From a virus, in the IMG/VR virus record IMGVR_UViG_3300005805_000050, positions 58,087 through 122,086 of that record: DNA of 64,000 nucleotides; one strand, 5' to 3'. Below, piece after piece: positions 16,947-26,587 of the stretch; the first letter of the stretch is position 1; each line of letters begins with the position of its first letter. The notes beneath the pieces are model-generated. The model was given only the letters and a program-made list of their open reading frames with translations, was not told the origin of the DNA and ran no database searches. The translations under genes and the position numbers were made by a program.

Positions 16947-17355
16947 GACTCCCACCAGAGGCACACCCGATAGCGCAGGTACAGATCTGTATATTCCTAA
17001 GGACTACACTTCTAAGCCAATACAATTAGAACCAGGAGAATCCCTGTTCATTCCCAGCGGCATAAAAGCACACGTACCAAAGGGTCACGCTTGGGTTGCA
17101 ATGAATAAAAGCGGGGTGGCGGTTAAACAAGGTCTATCAGTAGGCGCACAGGTTGTAGATGCCGATTACGACGGAGAAATTCATATCCATGTATTCAACG
17201 TCTCAGATAGAATACAAGAAATACAACCCGAACAGAAGATCATCCAAATGGTTTTACTGCCAGTAAACTTCGACAACGTAGAGGTGGTAGATCAGTTACC
17301 TGATAGAAACACAGAACGTGGAACTGGAGGATTTGGAAGCACAGGACTTCAGTAA
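16918..17355 (+). CDS. dut: trimeric dUTPase
   Basis: SAGTDL, NKSG, VVDADYDGEI, RGTGGFGSTG. Confidence 0.95.
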   Translation: MKIKKIRDVKTPTRGTPDSAGTDLYIPKDYTSKPIQLEPGESLFIPSGIKAHVPKGHAWVAMNKSGVAVKQGLSVGAQVVDADYDGEIHIHVFNVSDRIQEIQPEQKIIQMVLLPVNFDNVEVVDQLPDRNTERGTGGFGSTGLQ

Positions 17356-17356
17356 T

Positions 17357-17839
17357 ATGGGAAGGGAAGAATACATACAAGATTTGAGTGACCGCGCGCA
17401 TGAGAAAATGCATAAGCTCGATACTGTGTACATGAATATAGCTAAAGAGGTAGCTACTCTATCTCACTGTAGAAGAAGCAAAGTAGGAGCTATACTTGTC
17501 AAAGACGGTAATATCATTTCAATGGGTTACAATGGCACTCCAAAGGGTTTTGACAATTGTTGTGAAGAGGGCCAAGTGGATTGGAACGATGAAATAACTC
17601 TAGTAACCAAGAAGGAGGTACTGCATGCCGAAATGAATGCGGTATTGAAAGCTGCAAGAACTGGAAACTCTGTAGAAGGATCAACGCTGTATATAACTTT
17701 ATCCCCCTGTGTAGATTGCTCGAAATATTTATTGCAATCTGGAATCAAAAGAGTTGTATATTTAGAAGATTACCGCGATACGAATGGAGTCGAGTTACTA
17801 AAAAATTACATGAAAATAGAAAAATATGTTTCTGAATAA
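17357..17839 (+). CDS. dCMP deaminase
   Basis: GYNGTP, HAEMNA, LSPCVDC zinc motif; ATG 17357 preferred over 17318. Confidence 0.92.
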   Translation: MGREEYIQDLSDRAHEKMHKLDTVYMNIAKEVATLSHCRRSKVGAILVKDGNIISMGYNGTPKGFDNCCEEGQVDWNDEITLVTKKEVLHAEMNAVLKAARTGNSVEGSTLYITLSPCVDCSKYLLQSGIKRVVYLEDYRDTNGVELLKNYMKIEKYVSE

Positions 17840-18461
17840 CGTTACGCAGGCATTCGAACTGCTTTATCACGATATAAACACCCGTGGACAAAAATTCGCT
17901 GACACTAAAGCCATGTTCAATGCATCATTCACAGTATTAGACGTCAAAGATCGCGAAGTAACAACTCCCGCAAGATCATTCAAAGCAGATTATGCCGAGT
18001 ACGAATTCAATTGGTATTTGACTGGTAACAGAGACGCAAAGGAAATTTCTGAGCGTGCTAAGATGTGGAAGAAGATGATGGTTGGAGATACTACAGAAGT
18101 GAATTCTAATTACGGATACTTTTGGAAATACAACGATCAATTAGACAGAGTCATCAAAGATCTCAAAGAGAATCCTAATACACGTAGAGCTATAGTTGTA
18201 CACTACGACATCAATGAGTTAGATAGATACAAGTACGATACTCCGTGCAACGATGCACTAAACTTCTATGTAAAAGACGGTAAACTAGAACTTACCGTAT
18301 TTGCCAGAAGCATTGATTTGTGGTTCGGATTTTGCAACGATTTCTACACCTTTTCAAGATTGCAAGAAATCGTAGCCAAAGAAACCGGTTACAAACTTGG
18401 AAGTATGCATTGGTTCATAACAAACTTACACATATATGAAAGACACTTCGACAAACTATGA
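17826..18461 (+). CDS. thymidylate synthase superfamily enzyme with Asp specificity residue (dCMP hydroxymethylase/methylase-like)
   Basis: NSNYG, TRRA, DTPC(141), RSIDLWFGFCND(172), NLHIYERH. Confidence 0.85.
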   Translation: MFLNNVTQAFELLYHDINTRGQKFADTKAMFNASFTVLDVKDREVTTPARSFKADYAEYEFNWYLTGNRDAKEISERAKMWKKMMVGDTTEVNSNYGYFWKYNDQLDRVIKDLKENPNTRRAIVVHYDINELDRYKYDTPCNDALNFYVKDGKLELTVFARSIDLWFGFCNDFYTFSRLQEIVAKETGYKLGSMHWFITNLHIYERHFDKL

Positions 18462-18768
18462 AGAACAGGGAATTCCTGATGGAAAATATCCCATAGTGAA
18501 ATGCGTGATGGGTCACGAGGAAATTGGTCTAAAATTAGGGCATCACTACACTGTCACACGAACAACTAAAGACGGTCACTTAGAACTCCTCGAAACAAGC
18601 CCACCATTACCTTATACTTGTTTTCACAAGGAACGTTTCGAATACACTGGAGAGGCTCTCACATTATTTGAAATATTTCCTGAATACCTAAATCCAGAAT
18701 ACTATCCGAATGAGGATTATTTTGTAGATTCTGATAAACAACAAGACAATGGAAACACCCAAAACTAA
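18436..18768 (+). CDS. hypothetical protein
   Basis: Open frame overlapping both neighbours. Confidence 0.55.
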   Translation: MKDTSTNYEEQGIPDGKYPIVKCVMGHEEIGLKLGHHYTVTRTTKDGHLELLETSPPLPYTCFHKERFEYTGEALTLFEIFPEYLNPEYYPNEDYFVDSDKQQDNGNTQN

Positions 18769-18985
18769 TCTAAACATTACACTAGACAAGACAATTCCCA
18801 TGTCATGTGAAGCATGTGAATCTAGTGTATTTCATGAAGTGGTCATGATCAGAAAAGCATCTAAGTTTTTGATCGGAGCCGCTCAAGATGCTCTAATCCC
18901 CATACCTGTCTTTGCTTGCGCTAAGTGCAATCACGTCAATAGTGATTTGTTGCCTCCGGATGTAAGGAAAGAAATGGAGGGATGA
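18749..18985 (+). CDS. zinc-ribbon protein
   Basis: CEAC...CAKC. Confidence 0.7.
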   Translation: METPKTNLNITLDKTIPMSCEACESSVFHEVVMIRKASKFLIGAAQDALIPIPVFACAKCNHVNSDLLPPDVRKEMEG

Positions 18986-18988
18986 GTC

Positions 18989-19894
18989 GTGGAAAAGCAA
19001 AAACTAGAAATCAATCACGCTTACCAGAAAAGCGTGTCGTACAGCCAATTCTCCATGTACACGAATTGTCAATATTCGTGGTACCTTGCGTACGTTAAGA
19101 AGAAAAAGGTATTCAAACCCGGAATCCATCTACTATATGGCACATCTTTGCACGAGACTTTGCAAAACTACTTGCATGTCATGTATAACGAGTCCGTCAA
19201 AGCGGCAGACGAAATCAATCTTGCTGCATATTTAGAAGATAGGATGATAGCCAATTATAAGGCGGACCTGGAAAATAACGATAAACAACACTATTGTACT
19301 AAAGAGGAGTTCAAAGAATTTTTAGAAGACGGAGTCGCATCGCTCGAGTGGTTCAAGAAACATCGTGGTAAGTACTTCTCCAAGAAAGACACAGAGCTCG
19401 TAGGCATAGAGATCCCCGTACTTCAATCCATAACTGATTACTCTCCAAATGTTCTCATTCAGGGCTACATCGATTTTATTCTTTATCACAAAGATACCGA
19501 TAGTTATACTATATTTGATATCAAAACGTCTACGCGAGGCTGGAAGGATAAAGAGAAGAGGGATGCTACGAAGCTCAGCCAAATCCTCCTCTACAAGCAC
19601 TTTTACTCTAAAGCCCTCAACATACCAGAGGACAAGATCGAGGTTAAGTTCTTCATCGTAAAGAGAAAAATTTTCGAATCAGAGGATTTTGTAGTACCGC
19701 GCATACAGGAATTTGTGCCGGCCAATAAGACTAAGAAAGTCAAGACAGCTTTCACAAACTTTGAGAACTTTGTAAAAGAGTGCTTTACTCCAGAGGCAAA
19801 GTACAAAGAAGATCGTGTGTACGTAAAAAATACCGATGCGTGTAAGTACTGTCCCTACAAAGATAAACCTGAACTTTGTGACCGTAAAAACTAG
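18989..19894 (+). CDS. PD-(D/E)XK exonuclease, Cas4/RecB-like
   Basis: SYSQ..C, GTSLHETL, GYIDF, FDIKT, QILLY, CKYCPY...C. Confidence 0.85.
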   Translation: MEKQKLEINHAYQKSVSYSQFSMYTNCQYSWYLAYVKKKKVFKPGIHLLYGTSLHETLQNYLHVMYNESVKAADEINLAAYLEDRMIANYKADLENNDKQHYCTKEEFKEFLEDGVASLEWFKKHRGKYFSKKDTELVGIEIPVLQSITDYSPNVLIQGYIDFILYHKDTDSYTIFDIKTSTRGWKDKEKRDATKLSQILLYKHFYSKALNIPEDKIEVKFFIVKRKIFESEDFVVPRIQEFVPANKTKKVKTAFTNFENFVKECFTPEAKYKEDRVYVKNTDACKYCPYKDKPELCDRKN

Positions 19895-19936
19895 TGTAAT
19901 TCCATATTTACATATATTTATAATAAACAGGTAAGT

Positions 19937-20161
19937 ATGGACAAAAAGTTTTCTACGACAACGGTTAAGATACCAGAAAAGATGTATCAAGACTACAAAA
20001 TAATGAACATCAGAACCAATATCAACTTACAAGACTTGGTTCATAGATCGATGTATCTGTATCTCACGGACTCAGAGTTCAGAATGAGAATACATCAGAC
20101 GTATTCCACCTACTACACTGGAAGCGATATGATGAATGCTATTACTAATTTCAAAATTTAA
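19937..20161 (+). CDS. small ribbon-helix-helix-like DNA-binding protein
   Basis: TTTVKIPEKMY alternating strand then helices; ATATTTATA at 19914-19922; leads the glycan operon. Confidence 0.5.
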   Translation: MDKKFSTTTVKIPEKMYQDYKIMNIRTNINLQDLVHRSMYLYLTDSEFRMRIHQTYSTYYTGSDMMNAITNFKI

Positions 20162-20166
20162 CACCC

Positions 20167-21615
20167 ATGGAAGTTACGAAAGAGGGTTACATTCCTAGAG
20201 ATAGTCGAAAGAAAATACTACTAATGTGCGACGATATACGAATGCACTCGGGTATTGCTACAATGGCAAGGGAAATCGTGATGGGAACCTGTCACACGTA
20301 TAATTGGGTAAATTTGGGGGCAGCGCTACAACATCCTGATCTAGGAAAAAGATTAGATCTATCTGAAGATACAGGTAGACACGCTGGAATCCCTGACGCG
20401 AGTGTCTACGTTTATCCTATAAACGGATACGGAACAGTAGAACTAGTTAGGCAATTGATGGTAGATGAGAAGCCAGATGCTATCATGATATTCACCGATC
20501 CACGTTATTGGGTGTGGTTCTTTCAAATGGAGAACGAAGTTAGAAAACACATACCTGTGTTTTATTTGTCTATATGGGATGATTATCCTGCACCCAATTA
20601 TAACAAAGCCTATTACGAATCTTGTGATTTGCTAATGTCAATATCCAAACAGACACAAAACATACATAAGTTAGTTTTAGGAGAAAAAGCCAAGGATAAA
20701 ATAATCACATACGTACCTCACGGAATAAACGAAAATCAGTTTTATCCAATAGTACAAAGAGACATAAAAGAGCAAGAGGCCTTCGAAGAATTTAAGAAGA
20801 ACGTATTCGGAGAAGCGTCACCAGAATTTGTAGTATTCTATAATTCAAGGAACATTCGTAGAAAGTGCACATCAGACCTCATATTTGCCTATTCTGTATT
20901 TTGCGATAAGATAGGAAAAGAGCGCGCGAAACAGTGTGCCTTATTATTACATACCGCTAGAATGGACGAAAACGGTACAAACCTACAGGCGGTAGTTGAC
21001 TTAGTGTGTGATCCCGAATATCAAAAGGTTTACTTCTCAGAAAACCCCATATCAACAAGTATAATGAACATGCTATATAACATGTCGGATGTAACGGCGT
21101 TGATATCCTCTAACGAGGGGTGGGGACTTTCACTAACAGAGTCTATGATGGCGGGAACTATGATATTAGGAAACGTCACTGGTGGAATGCAAGACCAAAT
21201 GAGATTTGAGGATGAGAATGGCAAGTGGATAGATTTCGATGAGAACTTCCCCTCTAATCATACAGGAAAATATAAGAAGTGTGGAGAATGGGCAATACCC
21301 GTGTTTCCATCTAATATAAGCGTTTTGGGATCCATACCAACTCCGTACATATATGATGATAGATGCGATTTTAGAGAAGTCGCCAGTGCGATTGAGCATG
21401 TATATAATATGCCTAAACAAGAAAGAATCCGACGCGGATTATCAGGTCGAGATTGGGTTCTATCTAACGAATCTATGATGAGCGCGAAGAGCATGTGTAA
21501 GAATGTCATTGATTCCATTGAGTCGTGCTTCGATAATTTCAAACCCAAATCATTCGAATTGATAAAGATAGAAAAATTGCCGAGAAAAAAGATTACTCAC
21601 AAACTACTATACTAA
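20167..21615 (+). CDS. glycosyltransferase, GT-B / GT4-like
   Basis: SGIATMARE, NSRNIRRK, SSNEGWGLSLTES, TGGMQDQ. Confidence 0.88.
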   Translation: MEVTKEGYIPRDSRKKILLMCDDIRMHSGIATMAREIVMGTCHTYNWVNLGAALQHPDLGKRLDLSEDTGRHAGIPDASVYVYPINGYGTVELVRQLMVDEKPDAIMIFTDPRYWVWFFQMENEVRKHIPVFYLSIWDDYPAPNYNKAYYESCDLLMSISKQTQNIHKLVLGEKAKDKIITYVPHGINENQFYPIVQRDIKEQEAFEEFKKNVFGEASPEFVVFYNSRNIRRKCTSDLIFAYSVFCDKIGKERAKQCALLLHTARMDENGTNLQAVVDLVCDPEYQKVYFSENPISTSIMNMLYNMSDVTALISSNEGWGLSLTESMMAGTMILGNVTGGMQDQMRFEDENGKWIDFDENFPSNHTGKYKKCGEWAIPVFPSNISVLGSIPTPYIYDDRCDFREVASAIEHVYNMPKQERIRRGLSGRDWVLSNESMMSAKSMCKNVIDSIESCFDNFKPKSFELIKIEKLPRKKITHKLLY

Positions 21616-21618
21616 GTT

Positions 21619-22914
21619 ATGAATAAACCATATTGCGTGATATCGTGTCCAATAGATACTTACTCTGGATACGGAAGTCGGAGTAGAGATTTTGTGAAAG
21701 CCATTTATGAGCTGATGAATCAAGAGTGGGAGATCAATGTCTTGCCCCAAAGGTGGGGAAACACCACTTGGAATTTCATAGAGAATGAGAAAGAAACTTG
21801 GGGATTTCTAAAGAGCATGATCATAAAGGGAAATCTAACTCGCCAACCGGATTACTGGTTCCAGATTACGGTTCCTAATGAGTTTCAACCGATAGGAAAA
21901 CTATTTAGTGTTGGTGTAACAGCAGGTATAGAAACTACAATATGTCATCCATCTTGGTTAGACGGAATAAATAAGATGCCACTGACGTTAGTGTCCTCTA
22001 ATCACGCAAAGCATGTATTTGTTAATTCTAGATTTGAAGAGAAGGATCAGAATAATCCTGAAGTTGTTAAGAGAAGAATTGTGTGCGAGAAACCTGTAGA
22101 AGTGTTGTTCGAAGGCGTTGATACAACTAAATACTATCACATAGAGCCAGCCAAACTTCCAGAAACAGAATTAGTGCATCGGCTAAATGACATAGAGGAG
22201 AGTTTTAACTATTTATTTGTGGGACATTGGTTACCAGGAGAAGTTGGACAAGACAGGAAAAACGTTTCTGGTATGATCAAACTTTTCTTAGAGACCTTTA
22301 AGGACCAAAAGAAGAAACCCGGTTTGGTCATAAAGACTACTCGTGTTACAAATAGCGTGTTGGATAGAGACGATATACTGCAAAGCATAGACACGATACG
22401 AAACACAGTAGATTCTAAGGATCTCCCCAACATTTACCTCTTACATGGAGACATGAGCGATTCAGAAATGAATGTGTTGTACAATCACCCCAAAATAAAA
22501 GCTATGCTATACTTGGGAAAAGGAGAGGGATACGGAAGACCACTTCTAGAATTTAGCATATCAAAGAAACCCATAATAGCAAGCGGTTGGTCAGGGCATC
22601 TAGATTTCCTAAAACAAGAATTTAACTGTTTGGTACCAGGTAAATTAGAACCCGTACACCCCAGCGCTCTAGTCAACAACATCATCATAAAAGAATCGGC
22701 GTGGTTCACACCAGATGAAACTTCGGCCAAAGCTTTGATGGAAGTTGTATTCGATAAGTACGATAGGTATTTGGAGAATTCCAAGAGACAAGCTTATAGA
22801 AGTAAGACAGAATTTTCTTACGAAGCTATGAAAACCAGTCTAAAGTCTATAATAGACAAATTTCCAAAGTCCATACCTCTACAATTACCAAAGTTGAAAA
22901 AGATAGGATCATGA
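21619..22914 (+). CDS. glycosyltransferase, GT4-like
   Basis: SGYGSRSRD, LFVGHW, RKN, GEGYGRPLLE, WSGHLDF. Confidence 0.88.
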   Translation: MNKPYCVISCPIDTYSGYGSRSRDFVKAIYELMNQEWEINVLPQRWGNTTWNFIENEKETWGFLKSMIIKGNLTRQPDYWFQITVPNEFQPIGKLFSVGVTAGIETTICHPSWLDGINKMPLTLVSSNHAKHVFVNSRFEEKDQNNPEVVKRRIVCEKPVEVLFEGVDTTKYYHIEPAKLPETELVHRLNDIEESFNYLFVGHWLPGEVGQDRKNVSGMIKLFLETFKDQKKKPGLVIKTTRVTNSVLDRDDILQSIDTIRNTVDSKDLPNIYLLHGDMSDSEMNVLYNHPKIKAMLYLGKGEGYGRPLLEFSISKKPIIASGWSGHLDFLKQEFNCLVPGKLEPVHPSALVNNIIIKESAWFTPDETSAKALMEVVFDKYDRYLENSKRQAYRSKTEFSYEAMKTSLKSIIDKFPKSIPLQLPKLKKIGS

Positions 22915-23135
22915 TAGATAAGATAAAAGAGATCGTAACAGCTTACGCGTCAGCCATAAATCCTACAGAAGAACAAAAAAAGGTGGCAGAAGAACGACTG
23001 AAAATATGCATGACTTGCGAAAATTGGGAAGATTCTCCAATTGCTAGATGCAAGCTGTGCGGATGTTTAACAAAGGGAAAGGTATTCTCTCCTAACGGAC
23101 CCGATGCCTGTCCCGCAAAAAAATGGACAGTATGA
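22911..23135 (+). CDS. small Cys-rich Zn-binding protein (DUF6171-like)
   Basis: RLKICMTC...CKLCGC...CPAKKW. Confidence 0.7.
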   Translation: MIDKIKEIVTAYASAINPTEEQKKVAEERLKICMTCENWEDSPIARCKLCGCLTKGKVFSPNGPDACPAKKWTV

Positions 23136-23359
23136 ATAAAGACACATTTCAAACTTGGTTACTTGGATTTGTTACTGCATGCGGAGAAAATCCGCCAAAT
23201 AAAGAGCAGTGGAATACTCTATTAGAGGCCGTAAAATCACTTCATAAGCAAGACGCAAAGGTGTATCCCCCAAAGTGGACATACACCGCTGATTTCAACA
23301 TCAATAAATCTCAAGACGGTAAAGATTTTGAAGTAAAAAAAGATTTGCTGCATGACTAA
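23123..23359 (+). CDS. hypothetical protein
   Basis: Open frame, overlapping start/stop. Confidence 0.6.
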   Translation: MDSMNKDTFQTWLLGFVTACGENPPNKEQWNTLLEAVKSLHKQDAKVYPPKWTYTADFNINKSQDGKDFEVKKDLLHD

Positions 23360-23798
23360 AGACAATCTCATAGACTGCCCCCTGTGTTCAGAACCTGGAG
23401 CGTGTTATGCCTCTATTATAAACGAAGCTAACAAGATGTCCTATTTTTGTTTTGGATGTGGTTACCACAGTAATGATCTTATGATCAGCGGAGAATTTGA
23501 TACAGACGATTACGAAAAGCAACTACCAGAATTGTACAAAGACATTAAGCGTGTTGATAACGATAATCGTGTGTGGTATCCTACGGCTATAAATCTGCAG
23601 GAAAAGGGCACAGTCTTTGCAAATGGAAAAAATCCAGACGAGTGGCAATGGGCTGCTATAAAAAATATACCCCTTTCAGAGGAAGACAAAGAAAAATTGA
23701 TCTTTAAGGGAAAGACTCATAAGTCTGACTCTAAGTCTCTAAAGAATTTTGGAAAGGATTTCCTATCAGCACTAGAATACATTGAAGTAGAGATTTGA
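23352..23798 (+). CDS. hypothetical protein with N-terminal Zn ribbon
   Basis: CPLC...CFGCG. Confidence 0.7.
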   Translation: MTKDNLIDCPLCSEPGACYASIINEANKMSYFCFGCGYHSNDLMISGEFDTDDYEKQLPELYKDIKRVDNDNRVWYPTAINLQEKGTVFANGKNPDEWQWAAIKNIPLSEEDKEKLIFKGKTHKSDSKSLKNFGKDFLSALEYIEVEI

Positions 23799-23799
23799 T

Positions 23800-24423
23800 A
23801 TGAATGTAAGTTATGCTATAACGGTTTGTAATGAGCTTGAAGAAATTCAAAAGCTATTACCTCTGTTGATAAATCACAAGAAAATTAACGACGAAATCGT
23901 AATGCTATATGATGAAAAGAATGGATCTCAAAAAGTACTGGAATATTTGTTGCCATATAACATACGACCAAATGTCCAAGTATGGAGAAATTTTTTCGAT
24001 CACAATTTTGCAGCTGCTAAAAATAAACTGAACGCGTATTGCAAAAATCCTTGGATATTTCAATTGGACGCAGATGAGACCATATCAGAGGCTCTAATAC
24101 AAAACATCGGCGATATATTGGAATCAAACGCTGATGTGGATATGATAAAAGTTCCACGAATTAACATTGTTAACGGCATCACGGAAGAGCATATCAAAGT
24201 CTGGAACTGGAGAGTGAACGATAAGGGATGGATAAATTTCCCAGATTATCAGAGCCGGATATACAAGAATTCTGTAAACATTCGTTGGGAAGGAAAGGTT
24301 CACGAAAGAATAGTAGGCGCCACTCGACTATCAGAGTTTCCTCTTGATGAAGAATATTGTATATTACATGTAAAGGACATAAAGAGGCAAGAGCGTCAAA
24401 ATAATTACTATACCACGTTATGA
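23800..24423 (+). CDS. glycosyltransferase family 2
   Basis: SYAITVCNE, QLDADE, VPRIN, FPDYQSRI, VHE. Confidence 0.88.
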   Translation: MNVSYAITVCNELEEIQKLLPLLINHKKINDEIVMLYDEKNGSQKVLEYLLPYNIRPNVQVWRNFFDHNFAAAKNKLNAYCKNPWIFQLDADETISEALIQNIGDILESNADVDMIKVPRINIVNGITEEHIKVWNWRVNDKGWINFPDYQSRIYKNSVNIRWEGKVHERIVGATRLSEFPLDEEYCILHVKDIKRQERQNNYYTTL

Positions 24424-25736
24424 AAGAAATACTAGAACAAGTAGAAAAGTACATACAAGAAAAACATAAACAAAAAACTTGGGAAGCTGGCAAAGATTGG
24501 GTTCAGTATGCTGGACCCTACTTTGATTCCCAAGAATACGTTGCGGCTGTGAAGAGCTTGCTCAACGAGTGGCTAGTGCTTGGTAACGACGCCATTAAAT
24601 TTGAGCGCTCATTCCCAAAATTGTTTGGCAAAAAACTTGGACTGCTGACCAACTCAGGATCCAGCGCCAACCTTCTCATGATGTTGACGATGACATCTAA
24701 GAGAGGGTATAACTTTCCCAAGGGCACAAAAGTCATCACGCCTATCGCGGGTTTTCCCACTACCATAAATCCCATACTACAACTGGGATTCAAACCTGTT
24801 TTTGTAGACATCGAGATGGACACGCTGAACCTCGACCTCAATGGGGTTGAGAAGGCTTGCGAACAGAATCCCGACGCAAAGATCATCACGTTCGCTCACG
24901 TGTTGGGTAATCCTCCCGACATGGATCGCCTAATGCAAATAGTTGAGAAGTACAAGCTGATCCTTTTGGAGGACTGCTGCGACGCTCTCGGTTCGACTTA
25001 CAAAGGTAAACCTCTCGGTTCCTTCGGAGAACTCGCAAGCTGTTCGTTCTATCCTGCCCACCACATCACGATGGGAGAGGGAGGTTTCGTAGCATGTAAC
25101 ACACTCGAGAATGAGCGCATCATCCGCAGCTTCAGAGAATGGGGCCGCGGATGCTGGTGCGTGGGTAAAGCAAACCTATTGGAGAACGGAACTTGCGGAT
25201 GCAGATTCAGCAATTGGTTACCTTCTTTGCCAGACGATACATTTGATCACAAGTATACATACTCAGAGATCGGATACAACCTCAAGCCTATAGAGCTGCA
25301 GGCTTCTATGGGCCTTGTGCAGATGACCAAGCTTGAAGCTATCGGAGTCAAGCGCAGAGAGAACTACAAGAACCTGTTCAAGGCATTCGTGAAATATCAA
25401 GACTTATTTCATCTACACCCCGCGCAACCGGGTTCCGATCCAGATTGGTTCGCCTTTCCAGTGACTGTAAAAGATTCCGCTCCGTTCAAGCGTTCGGACA
25501 TCTGCCAATACTTCGAAGCCAATCGCATACAGACCAGACCGTACTTCGCTGGCAACATCATGCTGCAGCCCGCTTACGAAGGCTTGATGGATCCTAAGGA
25601 AGTTATAGAGAAGTATCCCGTGGCAAGAAAGGTGACTACAGATACGTTCTTCTTGGGAACTTCACCGGTCATAGACAAACAGAAGACAGATTACATTAGT
25701 GAAGTACTAGATAGATTCATAAAAGAAAATATGTAA
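24420..25736 (+). CDS. rfbH: CDP-4-keto-6-deoxyglucose 3-dehydrase (E1, RfbH/DdhC)
   Basis: TNSGSSANL, EDCCDALGS, SFYPAHHITMGEGG (His in place of Lys), WGRGCWC Fe-S Cys cluster, FAGN. Confidence 0.9.
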   Translation: MKEILEQVEKYIQEKHKQKTWEAGKDWVQYAGPYFDSQEYVAAVKSLLNEWLVLGNDAIKFERSFPKLFGKKLGLLTNSGSSANLLMMLTMTSKRGYNFPKGTKVITPIAGFPTTINPILQLGFKPVFVDIEMDTLNLDLNGVEKACEQNPDAKIITFAHVLGNPPDMDRLMQIVEKYKLILLEDCCDALGSTYKGKPLGSFGELASCSFYPAHHITMGEGGFVACNTLENERIIRSFREWGRGCWCVGKANLLENGTCGCRFSNWLPSLPDDTFDHKYTYSEIGYNLKPIELQASMGLVQMTKLEAIGVKRRENYKNLFKAFVKYQDLFHLHPAQPGSDPDWFAFPVTVKDSAPFKRSDICQYFEANRIQTRPYFAGNIMLQPAYEGLMDPKEVIEKYPVARKVTTDTFFLGTSPVIDKQKTDYISEVLDRFIKENM

Positions 25737-25738
25737 TC

Positions 25739-26587
25739 GTGGCGTATGTAACGAGTAATATATTAGGAGTCGATCATACAGCGGGAATAGGGTCTCAATT
25801 GTATCACTATGCGTGTTTGTATGGCATATCTAAAGATACAGGAAAAGGCATAGCTCTACCTACAGAAGTAATAGATCATGCAAATGTAGGAATCACAGTT
25901 GATAAGATTATAGACATAGACATAACACATCTATCCAAGTCAGAGATAGCTAGCTTTACAAAAATACAGTGTAATCCAATCAGCCTTGAATTTGAAACTG
26001 CGTGTAGTGATACTAGTGATACTAATTACAATTTTGTAGGATCCTTTTATAACTACCGTCATTTCTCTCCAAAATATGACTTCGACATTAGATCCATCAA
26101 ATGGAACAAAGAGTTGTATCAAACAGCTCTGAATAAGTATAATATGTATAAAGACACCAGAGAAACTGTCGCTGTACATGTAAGATTGGGGGATTACGTA
26201 TCCCACAAATCCTATTGTCACTATGAAAATACAGACTATTACGAAAAGGCGGTAAGCACGCACTTCTCAGATCAAGACAGGTTTAACTTACTTGTATTCT
26301 CAAACGAAATAAATACGTGTAAACAAAAATATGCTTCTAGAAAAAACATGGTGTTCGTAGATTGCGAGGGAGATGATGCAGTAGATCTAATAGTAATGAG
26401 TATGTGTGATCATCAAATAATAGCAAATAGTACATACAGTTGGTGGTCTGCCTACAAAAATGGAAATCCTGATAAAGTGGTGGTATGTCCCAGAAATTTT
26501 CTCAGTCCATATCACAATTTACATGTTTATCTAAATGATAAGTACTATTTGAAAGATTGGAAAGTAATAGACGCTGAATGTGTATGA
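25739..26587 (+). CDS. alpha-1,2-fucosyltransferase-like (GT11)
   Basis: GIGSQL, HVRLGDY, DLIVMSMCDHQIIANSTYSWWSAY. Confidence 0.88.
   Translation: MAYVTSNILGVDHTAGIGSQLYHYACLYGISKDTGKGIALPTEVIDHANVGITVDKIIDIDITHLSKSEIASFTKIQCNPISLEFETACSDTSDTNYNFVGSFYNYRHFSPKYDFDIRSIKWNKELYQTALNKYNMYKDTRETVAVHVRLGDYVSHKSYCHYENTDYYEKAVSTHFSDQDRFNLLVFSNEINTCKQKYASRKNMVFVDCEGDDAVDLIVMSMCDHQIIANSTYSWWSAYKNGNPDKVVVCPRNFLSPYHNLHVYLNDKYYLKDWKVIDAECV

Noticed and set aside
18989-19894. Cas4 of a CRISPR-Cas system
   Set aside because: No cas1/cas2 or array nearby; solo PD-(D/E)XK exonucleases are common in phage replication regions.
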